Positions 46,881-55,761 of a stretch of DNA of 64,000 nucleotides are shown piece by piece. The position numbers and the translations under genes are program-made. Source of the stretch: a virus; IMG/VR virus record IMGVR_UViG_3300036772_000557, positions 26,449-90,448 of that record. One strand, 5' to 3'. The notes beneath the pieces were generated by a model. That model was not told where the DNA came from and ran no database searches. It saw only the letters and a list, made by a program, of their open reading frames with translations. How positions within the stretch are numbered: position 1 is the stretch's first letter; every line of letters starts with the position of its first letter.

Positions 46881-48263
46881 CTACCTAGTTGTCCCGACGA
46901 ACGTCGTTATGCCGTAAGGAACGGTGGACGTGAACACGCCGGCACTGGGAACCAGATAGGACGGCACGCCAGAGGACGCGGAGCCCGCAGATAGGTTGCC
47001 GTCTGTCCCCAGCCACCCGATGGGTGTGCCGGAAGTGATGTAGGGGGTGACATTGCCGGTTATGGTAGCATTCTGAAGGCCGAACGTGATGCTCGGAGCG
47101 TCTGAGCCGTAGTTGAGGGCGATGATCGCGAATTTGGCGCTGTCTGGGCTCTTGAAAGCTGCGATAAAGATGTTCGGATACCCCGGCCCCGATGTCCCGA
47201 TCCGCACCCACCCGGGCCGGACAAACCTCGACCAGTTCCCAAAACCATAGTAACGCTTGGGGATCTGACCGAGGCCCAACGCAACGTCACCCACAACCCC
47301 GCCATTGCAGTTGCACACCGCGTTCCAGTAGTTCCAGGCGTTGACCCCACCAGTGACAACCGCGTCGTATATCCAGTGTTGAGACCCGCCGAGGGCGTCG
47401 TTGATGTCGTAGTTCGCGGCACCGGAAAAATCAGATGCCTCATCCTCCCAGACATGGCGCGTGCCGTCCACGGTCATGCAGGTGATGCAACCGTATTGGT
47501 GCGTCGAAAACATATCGACCTGCGCGTTCGCTGTGGGATTTCCCTCGATCGCCGAAATGTAGGAATTGAAATTATCCGGGGCCTCCGTTTCGGGAGAAAT
47601 CAACTTGACTGGCGGATTTAACGCATGCAGCAGGGGTCCAAGGACGGCCGCATAATTTGCTGTGGCGTCCGCGGAATAGAGGAAACCGCCGCAGCAATCG
47701 GGTTCATTTTCCGTCGTCATAGCGTATATGGGAATACCGGCGGCAGCCTGACCGGCAGCCCAGTTGGCGAGCCCTTGAGCCGAGATCTGATAGTTAGCCG
47801 AGGCCCCATAGGTACTCGGGTTGACCGTCCACGCGGTCGCGAACAGCGTGGCGCCGCGCGCCTTAGCGCCAGCAGACGAGACAGCGGAGGGAATGCCCTG
47901 GCCATCACCCGCCACTATAGTGTCTTTAAATGTTACGCCGTTGTCCGGGGTATCTATGCCTTCCCGCAGCAAGGTCAATCCAATGCCCGGCCCCGAGCAC
48001 CCCGGATCAGTGGCGTCCACGCAGTACAGCGCATCCAGCGTGGGGGGATTGAGGTTCCCGACCCAGGCGTTGGAGGCTCCGAAACCGTCTATGGTCTGGT
48101 GCACGTCGCTAAAGTTGGCGACGAAGGCGGCTGGAGGGGGCGGTCCGTCCGCAACGATCTCTACCGATAAGGTCGCGGCGGACGTGGCGGCCTGCACCGC
48201 GCGCGGTACACCCGCCAAAAGCACAGCCAGGAGTGCGACCGAAGCCACCCACGATACTCTCAT
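46881..48263 (-). CDS. Secreted GH30 glycoside hydrolase
   Basis: QTIDGFGAS, GIGL..LR, ENEPD (acid/base), WEDE (nucleophile), AW.YW, KRYY..G.WSRFVRPG.VRI. Confidence 0.88.
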   Translation of the reverse strand: MRVSWVASVALLAVLLAGVPRAVQAATSAATLSVEIVADGPPPPAAFVANFSDVHQTIDGFGASNAWVGNLNPPTLDALYCVDATDPGCSGPGIGLTLLREGIDTPDNGVTFKDTIVAGDGQGIPSAVSSAGAKARGATLFATAWTVNPSTYGASANYQISAQGLANWAAGQAAAGIPIYAMTTENEPDCCGGFLYSADATANYAAVLGPLLHALNPPVKLISPETEAPDNFNSYISAIEGNPTANAQVDMFSTHQYGCITCMTVDGTRHVWEDEASDFSGAANYDINDALGGSQHWIYDAVVTGGVNAWNYWNAVCNCNGGVVGDVALGLGQIPKRYYGFGNWSRFVRPGWVRIGTSGPGYPNIFIAAFKSPDSAKFAIIALNYGSDAPSITFGLQNATITGNVTPYITSGTPIGWLGTDGNLSAGSASSGVPSYLVPSAGVFTSTVPYGITTFVGTTR

Positions 48264-48329
48264 GATCCTAAACTCCTCCGGGCCCCGGACAATAGAAATG
48301 CCCGGCACGACTCCGGGCCGACGTCACCA

Positions 48330-49127
48330 CTAATGGATGGACGCGCCCATCATGACAGTAGTGCAACCTGTGCCATCACTGGGACTGCCGTCCGAACATT
48401 GCGACGCATTCCAGTAAGGGTCCTGCCACGTGAACGTGACTGGCCCGGGGCCTACGGCGCCGGGGCTGCCCAACACGGTAATTCCGTCTGTGTTGCAGTC
48501 ATCAACTAATACAGAATAGCCACCAGGATCGATGTTATTTCCCTGACAGACGTCCCCCGCGGAGAACACCCAGAGTAGGGATGAATACGCTGTCGGCGAT
48601 ATCGTCATGGACGGATTTAACGCGTCTTGATCAATCGGTCCGGTGATCGTATCGACAGAGGCCGCGCCGGAATACTCGACAATTCCGCAGTCGCAGAAAT
48701 TATCAGAAGGAAGGGTACCTGTATAGTTAACAAATATTTGCGTTGGATTTCCCGTAACGCCCACTTTGTACCACATTAATATGTATTCACTATACGGATC
48801 CCATGTAACTGGCGGGGTAAGGTTGTAAGAATTACCGGCATTGTCCGTGATAGAAGTCGGAGCGGAACCATTTTGGTGAGAATATGCAACCACAGTATTG
48901 CCACTGCCGATCGCCGCCGGAAGGTTCCAGGTAACCGTACTGCCTGAAATCGTGGTACTGTGATGACTTGTTACTCCACGTACCACAGCGACGCCGCCAC
49001 CTGAGGGCTGGGAGGGCTGGATGGTCATCGTCAGGGTTGCGCTGGGCGCGGCCGTGCCAGCTACTGCCGGCACCAGAGTCAGCGCCGCGGCGGCCATAAG
49101 GCCAGCAACTCGCGTTGCAACACGCAT
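48330..49127 (-). CDS. Secreted beta-sandwich protein, paralogous to the N-terminal repeats of 50047..53010
   Basis: Signal peptide; SGN.VV....ITD.AGNSY motif. Confidence 0.7.
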   Translation of the reverse strand: MRVATRVAGLMAAAALTLVPAVAGTAAPSATLTMTIQPSQPSGGGVAVVRGVTSHHSTTISGSTVTWNLPAAIGSGNTVVAYSHQNGSAPTSITDNAGNSYNLTPPVTWDPYSEYILMWYKVGVTGNPTQIFVNYTGTLPSDNFCDCGIVEYSGAASVDTITGPIDQDALNPSMTISPTAYSSLLWVFSAGDVCQGNNIDPGGYSVLVDDCNTDGITVLGSPGAVGPGPVTFTWQDPYWNASQCSDGSPSDGTGCTTVMMGASIH

Positions 49128-49221
49128 GGATGCGAAAATCCTCCTGGCCCCGGACAATAAAAATCGCCGGGCGGGACGCCGCACCGGCGTCACCATGAAA
49201 TTGCGCCGTATAACGGCGTTA

Positions 49222-49812
49222 TTACAGAAGCGAGAGGTCCGCGCGATTGCGATCGAAAGTCAGGAAGAAGGGCATCGTCAGCCGTTGCCTTCCCTCTACT
49301 CGCGTCACCCCATGCTCGTGATCTAAACTGGCGGTAAACGCGATGAGCATGCCCGTCTTCGGCTTGATCACTATATCGAGACCGGTGAAATAGAACTCTC
49401 CACCCTGATACTCGTCATTGAGGTAGACGATTCCAGAGAAGTCACGGTGAGCCATGGCGTGCAGTGAGCCGTCTGGATTAGCATTATCGGCGTGCGGCGG
49501 CATTTGGGTGCCCACCGGCCAGCTCATGATTTGCAGCAGGTCTGGATAAACCGGTTGCTTCAGCCGATACAACTCCGCGATGAGGGCTGTCGCCCGGCGC
49601 AACGCATCACGCATATGGCCAGCCAGCTCGCAGTACACCTTTGCCACATCTGAATACCAGATGAAACGCTTATCCCAAAAGCCAGGCGCGCGATTGACAA
49701 TTAGAGTCGACAGGTTTCGGTATGCTTCGCAAAGGTCGTCACAAACAGTGGCTTCGAGAAACTTTTCCCTGATCAAGCACGTTTCGCCCGCCTCCGGCAG
49801 GTTTACTGCCAT
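49222..49812 (-). CDS. 2OG-Fe(II) oxygenase, prolyl-hydroxylase-like
   Basis: PHAD...RDFSGIVYLNDEYQGGEFYF...KP..G..I.F....HGV..V...R (HxD...H...R). Confidence 0.9.
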   Translation of the reverse strand: MAVNLPEAGETCLIREKFLEATVCDDLCEAYRNLSTLIVNRAPGFWDKRFIWYSDVAKVYCELAGHMRDALRRATALIAELYRLKQPVYPDLLQIMSWPVGTQMPPHADNANPDGSLHAMAHRDFSGIVYLNDEYQGGEFYFTGLDIVIKPKTGMLIAFTASLDHEHGVTRVEGRQRLTMPFFLTFDRNRADLSLL

Positions 49813-50042
49813 ACGGCTACAATGTTCGTCGCGGCTGTTCCGGTGCTCCACACCCGTTTCACACGGATCGGATGCCAGCCCGCCGCCGCGGCAGTAAAGG
49901 TCACCGTCTCGCCATTCAGCATGGTCACCGTTAGATCTCCGGCGATTCCGACATAGAGCGCGGTCGTCTTTGCCGGCAAGTCGACGCTGTCGCTGGGCGT
50001 TACCGCGACGGCATTTGGAACCGGATCGGAAATGTCAGCCAT
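49803..50042 (-). CDS. Head-spike base protein (RcGTA Rcc01079-like)
   Basis: AVTPSD..DL...T.ALYVG.AGDL.V....G..VTF....AGWHPIRV.RV..TGT.A..IVA pattern, 79 aa. Confidence 0.75.
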   Translation of the reverse strand: MADISDPVPNAVAVTPSDSVDLPAKTTALYVGIAGDLTVTMLNGETVTFTAAAAGWHPIRVKRVWSTGTAATNIVAVWQ

Positions 50043-50046
50043 ATTA

Positions 50047-53010
50047 TCAAACCACCCACGTACCGAAGCCGAGGCGGATTTTGAAGAGGCCGCCCGCGGA
50101 GAAGCCGACGCCGCCATACGCCCCGATATTGAAGCGCGAGGCTAGCGGGATCGTGTTGCCGTAGAAGTCCTGCGGCCCGGGGTTGATGGAATACGCGGCG
50201 CTCAAATCCAGCCCCGCGCCGATCATCGGCGAGCTCGGCAATAGCTGGTAGGCAGTCGGTTGCGGCCGCCCATATCCACCCACTACGCCACCCGAGCCAG
50301 CTTTCACGAGCTTCGGGTCCACCGATAAGCCGTTCGCTTCCTGGCTCGCGCCGGATTTGAAGGCAGCAAACGAGGTGTAAGAAGTGCCGTTGTAGCTGAC
50401 GTGAAAATTAGTTGGCTGCAGGTAATCGTTGCCGTTCAACGTCGCTCCCGAGCCGTACACGGCGACGGGTTGACTGCTACCACTTACGATCGAATAGAAG
50501 ATGTTATTTGTTATGTGACCAGTAGTAGCGTTGTACTGCACGACAATGGCCGATCGCCCCGTCGTGTAAACCGTATTGTTATGCACGAGTACGCCAGTAG
50601 GCGCATTACCTGACGAATCCGAGCCGATCGAGATATCCGCGTAGACAGAATTGGCGGTGGCAAACGAGTCGTTTCCTTCAAGGATATTGTACCGCGCCAC
50701 ACAACCCGAATGCGTGCCACCGCTAAAGTTATAGAAAAAGATCCCGGCACCAAAGCACTCATGGATATAATTGTACTCCATGACGCAATTCTGGCAGTCG
50801 ATATCAAAATCTATGCCGTCGCCGTCTATATTCACGTTGCACTTCTGCAGGTAGACTTCATTGAATTTTATGACGGAGTCTGTGGCCCAATTATATTCGA
50901 TGCCAGCGTTGCCTTGGTTGTCCGCAGCGCCGCAATTATTGACGTAATTGAAACTTATCTCTGAATTGGTACACTGCGTTACGAGGATGCCGGAACCGCT
51001 CTGGTATGTTGGGCCCGATCCTGACCCCGGGCAAGCCGAGACCACACAGCGCGTCACCAGCACATTGTCGAAGAGCCGATGAGTTGAAAATCCAGATGAG
51101 CCGGTATTAAGCCACGGCCCGCTGAAAGCGATACCGGCAGCGCCGCCGACCGAACCTGTCGCGCCCGTGCAATTTGAGACGGTGCAATCCTCGATTGTAA
51201 CGTTGCTCAGCACAGCGGTCGCATGGTCGGCAGCGATGCAGAGGATGCCACCACGACCAAAGGCGCTGATATCGAGGTTCGACAGGACGATGTCGGAGAG
51301 ACCGGTTGTGACTGTTATGTTGAGGAAGACTCCGCTAAAGCCGGTTGAGCCATCTCCTGTAATGACGAGATCGTGGACCACGATGTCGCCGATATTGGTC
51401 AACTCGACCCCATGCGCGCCCGCAGCTGATATGGTGGCCGTTCCCGTCCCATAACTCCCGATCGTCAGAGGGCTCGCGGATGTTGGAGGGGTACCTGAGT
51501 AATTTGCAGTGCCGAGCGCCAGGCCACCCGTGAAAACATTGGCACCCTCGAAGAGGATCGTGTCCCCCGCAGAATAGGTCTGTGCCGCGACGTGAGCAGT
51601 CGTCTGCCAAGGAGTGGACGGAGAGGTGCCGTTGTTCGAATTGCTGCCGGAATTCGCCACATAGTAGGTTGTGCCGCCCGGTGGAGGCGGAGGAGGTGGA
51701 GGAGGCGGTGCGGATCCCAGAGAAAAACCCCATAGAGCACTGCCGTCACCGCTTCCTGTGGTTGCTGATACAGTATCCGTCGAACCTGTACCATCTTTCC
51801 ATTCTGACAGCCACGTGCTGGAAACGTTCTGGGCCGATGTAAAGCCTGACCCGATAGTGACCGAACCACTTCCGACATCGACACAATAGCCGAGGACCAA
51901 GTCCGAAGCGTCGGACGGTATCGAAACCGAAAGCGTAGAAGCGCCACTCGTGGCGTTTGTAGGGCTGGAGCCGGTCTCGGAATATGAGCCGGAGAATCCA
52001 GACCATTCGTCGATCATCATGACAGCAAAAGCTGGTGACGTGCCGCCGTCAGATATCGTCGCCGTTATGGTCGATGGACTATTTGTTAGCTCTGCATTCG
52101 AAAAGAATGTCGCCCAATAGTATGGAGTACCGCCGCCGCCTGAATAAAACCCATACTTCGTCCCGACGACAGTGTAGGAATTCGACTTGTCATCAGTGAC
52201 CGAGGCCAGAGTGGCCAGGCCGCTGCTTGCGCCGACCCATCCCACGACCCCAGTAACAACGTCGCCGGACGTAACCGGAGACGTAAAGGTGGCGGCGGGA
52301 TTATCACCGGATTGCCCACTGGTTGCTTTACCCTGGACATGAGCATAACTCGGGGGCGGTGGCGGTGGAGGCGGAGGTGGCGGAGGCGCCCCCGATGGAA
52401 TTAGCGCCATAGCCTTTATATATGCCGCGGCCGCGCCTGTATACGTCGGCGCCATAACCTGACTGGTGCCGGTCGCTGTGGTCCATTCACCTAAAAAGAA
52501 ATTATTATGCTCAGTTACCGGCAGATCCGCCGTAAGAACCGAACCTCCACCATATGCGTCCGCATACGCGATACACAGATCGCCGACATTGATCGGTGAG
52601 AGCGTAGTCGAAATCGTCCCGCTACCCGCGCTGTTTATTGTACTGCTGTCTGCCGAGGACGACACGGCGCCGGAACCGAGGCCATTCCATTCGTCAATTA
52701 TCAAACCCGCGAAGTTCGCCACTGAGCCGGTAATTGTCCCCGTAACGATGGTCGGTCCATTGGTAATCGGATTAGTGGAATAAAATGCTACTATATACCA
52801 ATTGTTGCCGCTATCGAATAGGTGAGGAAGAGTCGTGTACGCATTGGACTGATCGTCTGTTACCGTAAGGGTATCGGTACCGGATGAATTTCCCTGCCAT
52901 CCCACATGGCCAGTGACAACATTCCCAGACGTGACGGCAGTAGAAAACGTTGCGCTAGGAGTATTGCTGCCGGGTTGGTTTAAGGTGCCTTGGACATGAG
53001 TAAATGACAT
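50047..53010 (-). CDS. Large head-fibre/spike-like protein: two repeat domains, two polyproline linkers, right-handed beta-helix
   Basis: TTYYVA.SGS.SN.GTSPS.PW.T...GD.ILF start of the helix; DG.GIDFD..CQN.V.EYNY.H repeats; adjacent to the spike base gene; no signal peptide. Confidence 0.8.
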   Translation of the reverse strand: MSFTHVQGTLNQPGSNTPSATFSTAVTSGNVVTGHVGWQGNSSGTDTLTVTDDQSNAYTTLPHLFDSGNNWYIVAFYSTNPITNGPTIVTGTITGSVANFAGLIIDEWNGLGSGAVSSSADSSTINSAGSGTISTTLSPINVGDLCIAYADAYGGGSVLTADLPVTEHNNFFLGEWTTATGTSQVMAPTYTGAAAAYIKAMALIPSGAPPPPPPPPPPPPSYAHVQGKATSGQSGDNPAATFTSPVTSGDVVTGVVGWVGASSGLATLASVTDDKSNSYTVVGTKYGFYSGGGGTPYYWATFFSNAELTNSPSTITATISDGGTSPAFAVMMIDEWSGFSGSYSETGSSPTNATSGASTLSVSIPSDASDLVLGYCVDVGSGSVTIGSGFTSAQNVSSTWLSEWKDGTGSTDTVSATTGSGDGSALWGFSLGSAPPPPPPPPPPGGTTYYVANSGSNSNNGTSPSTPWQTTAHVAAQTYSAGDTILFEGANVFTGGLALGTANYSGTPPTSASPLTIGSYGTGTATISAAGAHGVELTNIGDIVVHDLVITGDGSTGFSGVFLNITVTTGLSDIVLSNLDISAFGRGGILCIAADHATAVLSNVTIEDCTVSNCTGATGSVGGAAGIAFSGPWLNTGSSGFSTHRLFDNVLVTRCVVSACPGSGSGPTYQSGSGILVTQCTNSEISFNYVNNCGAADNQGNAGIEYNWATDSVIKFNEVYLQKCNVNIDGDGIDFDIDCQNCVMEYNYIHECFGAGIFFYNFSGGTHSGCVARYNILEGNDSFATANSVYADISIGSDSSGNAPTGVLVHNNTVYTTGRSAIVVQYNATTGHITNNIFYSIVSGSSQPVAVYGSGATLNGNDYLQPTNFHVSYNGTSYTSFAAFKSGASQEANGLSVDPKLVKAGSGGVVGGYGRPQPTAYQLLPSSPMIGAGLDLSAAYSINPGPQDFYGNTIPLASRFNIGAYGGVGFSAGGLFKIRLGFGTWVV

Positions 53011-53013
53011 GAT

Positions 53014-53760
53014 TCATTTATCCCGACAGTCTAGGGGTTTACGAGCGCGCAATTTATTGACATGACCATCAACGGGCGTGCCGTCTGGGTGCCGGCCCAT
53101 GAAGTAGTGCTTTCGCCAAGCAGCCTTTAGCGTGTCTGCATCGCCAGCATGAAACCGACGCATGAAGTCGTTACGCGAAGCCGTGAAAGCCGCATATCGG
53201 GTCTGCAGCTCACGGTTCCCCGAGAGGTCTCGGAGTTCGGGATGACAGTCGCTTATCGCCTGCTTGCGTACCGGGAAGATGAAGCAGAAGGGCTCCCCCT
53301 TCTCAAAGGCGACCGATCCTGGCGCCGTCATCCGCCAGTTCATCGTGAAGGGATACGGCAACCAGTCGCTCTCCATGATCCCGGTCAGCGGAGAGATCCC
53401 GTGTTTGGGCGAATTGAACGGCCCGGTGGCAAGCAAATCCCATTCCGCGTCGGTCTGAAAGATGTAGTCGGTGTGAAACGTCACGACGCCGCTCGTGAAG
53501 TGAGAGCGGCAGAAGTTTGCCACGTATTGGTTGGGCTCAAGCGAACGGACGATCAGGTCCTCGGCCCGTGGCCCGCCGTTCCATTCGAGCGATACGCCAA
53601 ACGGGCAGAGAATGTCCCAGCCGTGGGCATTGGCTATCGTCAGCGGCAGACAGCGATAGGCATGGCGCGCCGGAAATTCGTCCATCCATTTGCGTGCTAC
53701 CTGCGCTGGTGCAATTTCGGGCGGCTGTCGATTGAGCGCAAAACAAGTGAGGGCGGTCAT
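53014..53760 (-). CDS. DUF6065 family protein
   Basis: R.WMD.....AYRCLPL.IAN.HGW...WNGG...GP.N.PK.GI.PL.G..E.DW.PYPFTMNW...FEKGEPFC..FP. Confidence 0.8.
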   Translation of the reverse strand: MTALTCFALNRQPPEIAPAQVARKWMDEFPARHAYRCLPLTIANAHGWDILCPFGVSLEWNGGPRAEDLIVRSLEPNQYVANFCRSHFTSGVVTFHTDYIFQTDAEWDLLATGPFNSPKHGISPLTGIMESDWLPYPFTMNWRMTAPGSVAFEKGEPFCFIFPVRKQAISDCHPELRDLSGNRELQTRYAAFTASRNDFMRRFHAGDADTLKAAWRKHYFMGRHPDGTPVDGHVNKLRARKPLDCRDK

Positions 53761-53761
53761 T

Positions 53762-55750
53762 TTATTGTAGACACGTCGGCATCATCCCATGCTCGTAACA
53801 GTATTTCGCAGGCAGTGTATATGTGGTTCCCGACAATGGATCGACCAACGGCCACCGATCCGAACCGAAGAACACTGGCTTCGAGCTCAGATAAAACGAG
53901 AGCGGTATATTCTGATCGCTAATGGCCGGATCCCATACAACCGCATTGTGGAAAAAGTCGTAATTTCCATGACGGATCGCGGGACACTTGTCCCCGTTCG
54001 CCGATACACAGGACGCGGCGGCAGAGCCGATATCGCTCAGAATCTCAGGGTCTCCCCCGTGCCCATAAGCAGTATCGTTGGCTTCGCCGCCGAGCGAGAA
54101 GATGGCAGGGCCAGGGGAGTTGAAAACGTAGCTCTGGTAAACCCAACCATGCGCCGCGTCGCTGCGTCCAGGAGTACCCATGACGTTGCCAATAAAGGAG
54201 TGCCAGTAGTAATAAGACGCTAATTGAGAGGCGCGGATCGGGTAGCAGCAGCCGCCTGGAGTCCCATTGATGTCATCGTATGTAATGTTGTTGATATAAT
54301 CGGTAAACTTCGTACGATACCCGGTCAATTGATTGCGGAAATAGGTCTGATATGGATTCGACCCCCACGTACCATCACCATCGACACTAAAGGACCAGTT
54401 GCCCTCGAACAGAACGTGGTGTGCGCCCATCCAGTGACTAGCGTTGAGCCCGCTCTCGATATTCGGCCCCTCACTAAAGCCGAAGGCGTCATCGACGTAG
54501 TTGTACGCGATCACCGAGCCGTTGCCACCCTTCCGCATCACCATCGGCTTGTTATTAAGCATCGAGATGCTGTTTTCGATCAGAACCTCAGACGTCCCTT
54601 CATCAAGCGTCCAGTTGTAGCCGGCGCCGCCACTGGTCGGCCACGCTCCCTTGTGGTCGTAAACCCCTTCTACCTGATCACGAAAGCCGGAAACGATCCA
54701 GATCGTTCCGTTCGCTGAGATTGTGTCCTCGACGTTTTTGACCCAGCAATAGGCACACACGACCATGCGCACATCCGCAAAGTCCGCATTTCGCAGGGTC
54801 ATATCTTCAAGGCCAGCATAAGTCGTAAACGTCTGGCTAAACCGCGCTAGATGCGCCGCCCGACTGGTTCGATAGGTGATCATTACCGGATCATCAAACG
54901 TGACCGTGCAACTCGTTCCAGGGCATGGACCAGGTCCGACCGTCGCGATTTGTTTCATCTCCTCAATGTAACGATCACAGCCATCATTGCAAAAAAAGTC
55001 AGGCGGTTGGCCACCCGCTTGATCGTTGGGCAAAGCCGGATTGTGTCCGTTAAACGAGATCCGCCGATCGGGCGTTGCCAACACCTGACCGCCGAATGCC
55101 CAATCTGGTTGCCATCCCAAATTCGAGGATTCATCAAGCAAAACGATCTGCCCGACCGAGAGACCAGACGTACTGGCAACTTGTATAGTGTTCGACCCAG
55201 ATACTGCATCGACAGCCAGATTCGTGCTCCCGGCAAGGCTGTTATCGAATTCATTAGGCCCCATAATGAAGTGCGCCGAGGCGCAGTTTCCGCCTTGAAC
55301 GCCGACGCTTGCCCCGTCTGTACGTTGAATAAGCGTTCCGTCCGTCCCTGCCCCCGCGCCACGCACAGTTACGGATTTGTTGATGAATACTTGGTGGCAA
55401 TCACCGATAGTGAATGTTCCAGCAGAGAGCGAGACTACTTGACCAGTGGGGCAGCCATCCACGGCAGCTTGAATGCTCGCGGCGTCGTCCATACCGCCGC
55501 CCCTCGGGCTGACCGTCGCACACACGGTGCTGCGGCTCGGAATGCCGCCCACCGATTGCAACCCCGCCATTTTCCAATTTGCGTATGCGCTCCTCTCGGG
55601 TGGAAGCAGGCCCACTGTCGGATCGCTGCCACCTCCGCTAGCCGAGGTGACTGTGATCGCGAGATTCTTCGTCACACTGGCCGCATGCGCAGTCGCCATC
55701 GCCATCGCGGATGCAAAGACGGCCACAGCAAAAAGAAGAGGTTTTCCCAT
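53762..55750 (-). CDS. Secreted pectate-lyase-superfamily/GH55-like beta-helix protein
   Basis: Signal ending ATAHA; DDAA.IQAAVD.CP.G.VV.L.AGTF...S.TVRGAG; GAGGAG RBS. Confidence 0.8.
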   Translation of the reverse strand: MGKPLLFAVAVFASAMAMATAHAASVTKNLAITVTSASGGGSDPTVGLLPPERSAYANWKMAGLQSVGGIPSRSTVCATVSPRGGGMDDAASIQAAVDGCPTGQVVSLSAGTFTIGDCHQVFINKSVTVRGAGAGTDGTLIQRTDGASVGVQGGNCASAHFIMGPNEFDNSLAGSTNLAVDAVSGSNTIQVASTSGLSVGQIVLLDESSNLGWQPDWAFGGQVLATPDRRISFNGHNPALPNDQAGGQPPDFFCNDGCDRYIEEMKQIATVGPGPCPGTSCTVTFDDPVMITYRTSRAAHLARFSQTFTTYAGLEDMTLRNADFADVRMVVCAYCWVKNVEDTISANGTIWIVSGFRDQVEGVYDHKGAWPTSGGAGYNWTLDEGTSEVLIENSISMLNNKPMVMRKGGNGSVIAYNYVDDAFGFSEGPNIESGLNASHWMGAHHVLFEGNWSFSVDGDGTWGSNPYQTYFRNQLTGYRTKFTDYINNITYDDINGTPGGCCYPIRASQLASYYYWHSFIGNVMGTPGRSDAAHGWVYQSYVFNSPGPAIFSLGGEANDTAYGHGGDPEILSDIGSAAASCVSANGDKCPAIRHGNYDFFHNAVVWDPAISDQNIPLSFYLSSKPVFFGSDRWPLVDPLSGTTYTLPAKYCYEHGMMPTCLQ

Positions 55751-55761
55751 TTGCCCGCTCC

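Noticed and set aside
28105-49812. Oxygenase plus GT as a DNA hypermodification (TET/JBP-type) system
   Set aside because: The oxygenase motif is prolyl-hydroxylase-like rather than TET/JBP-like, and the genes sit among virion genes. Disfavoured but not excluded.
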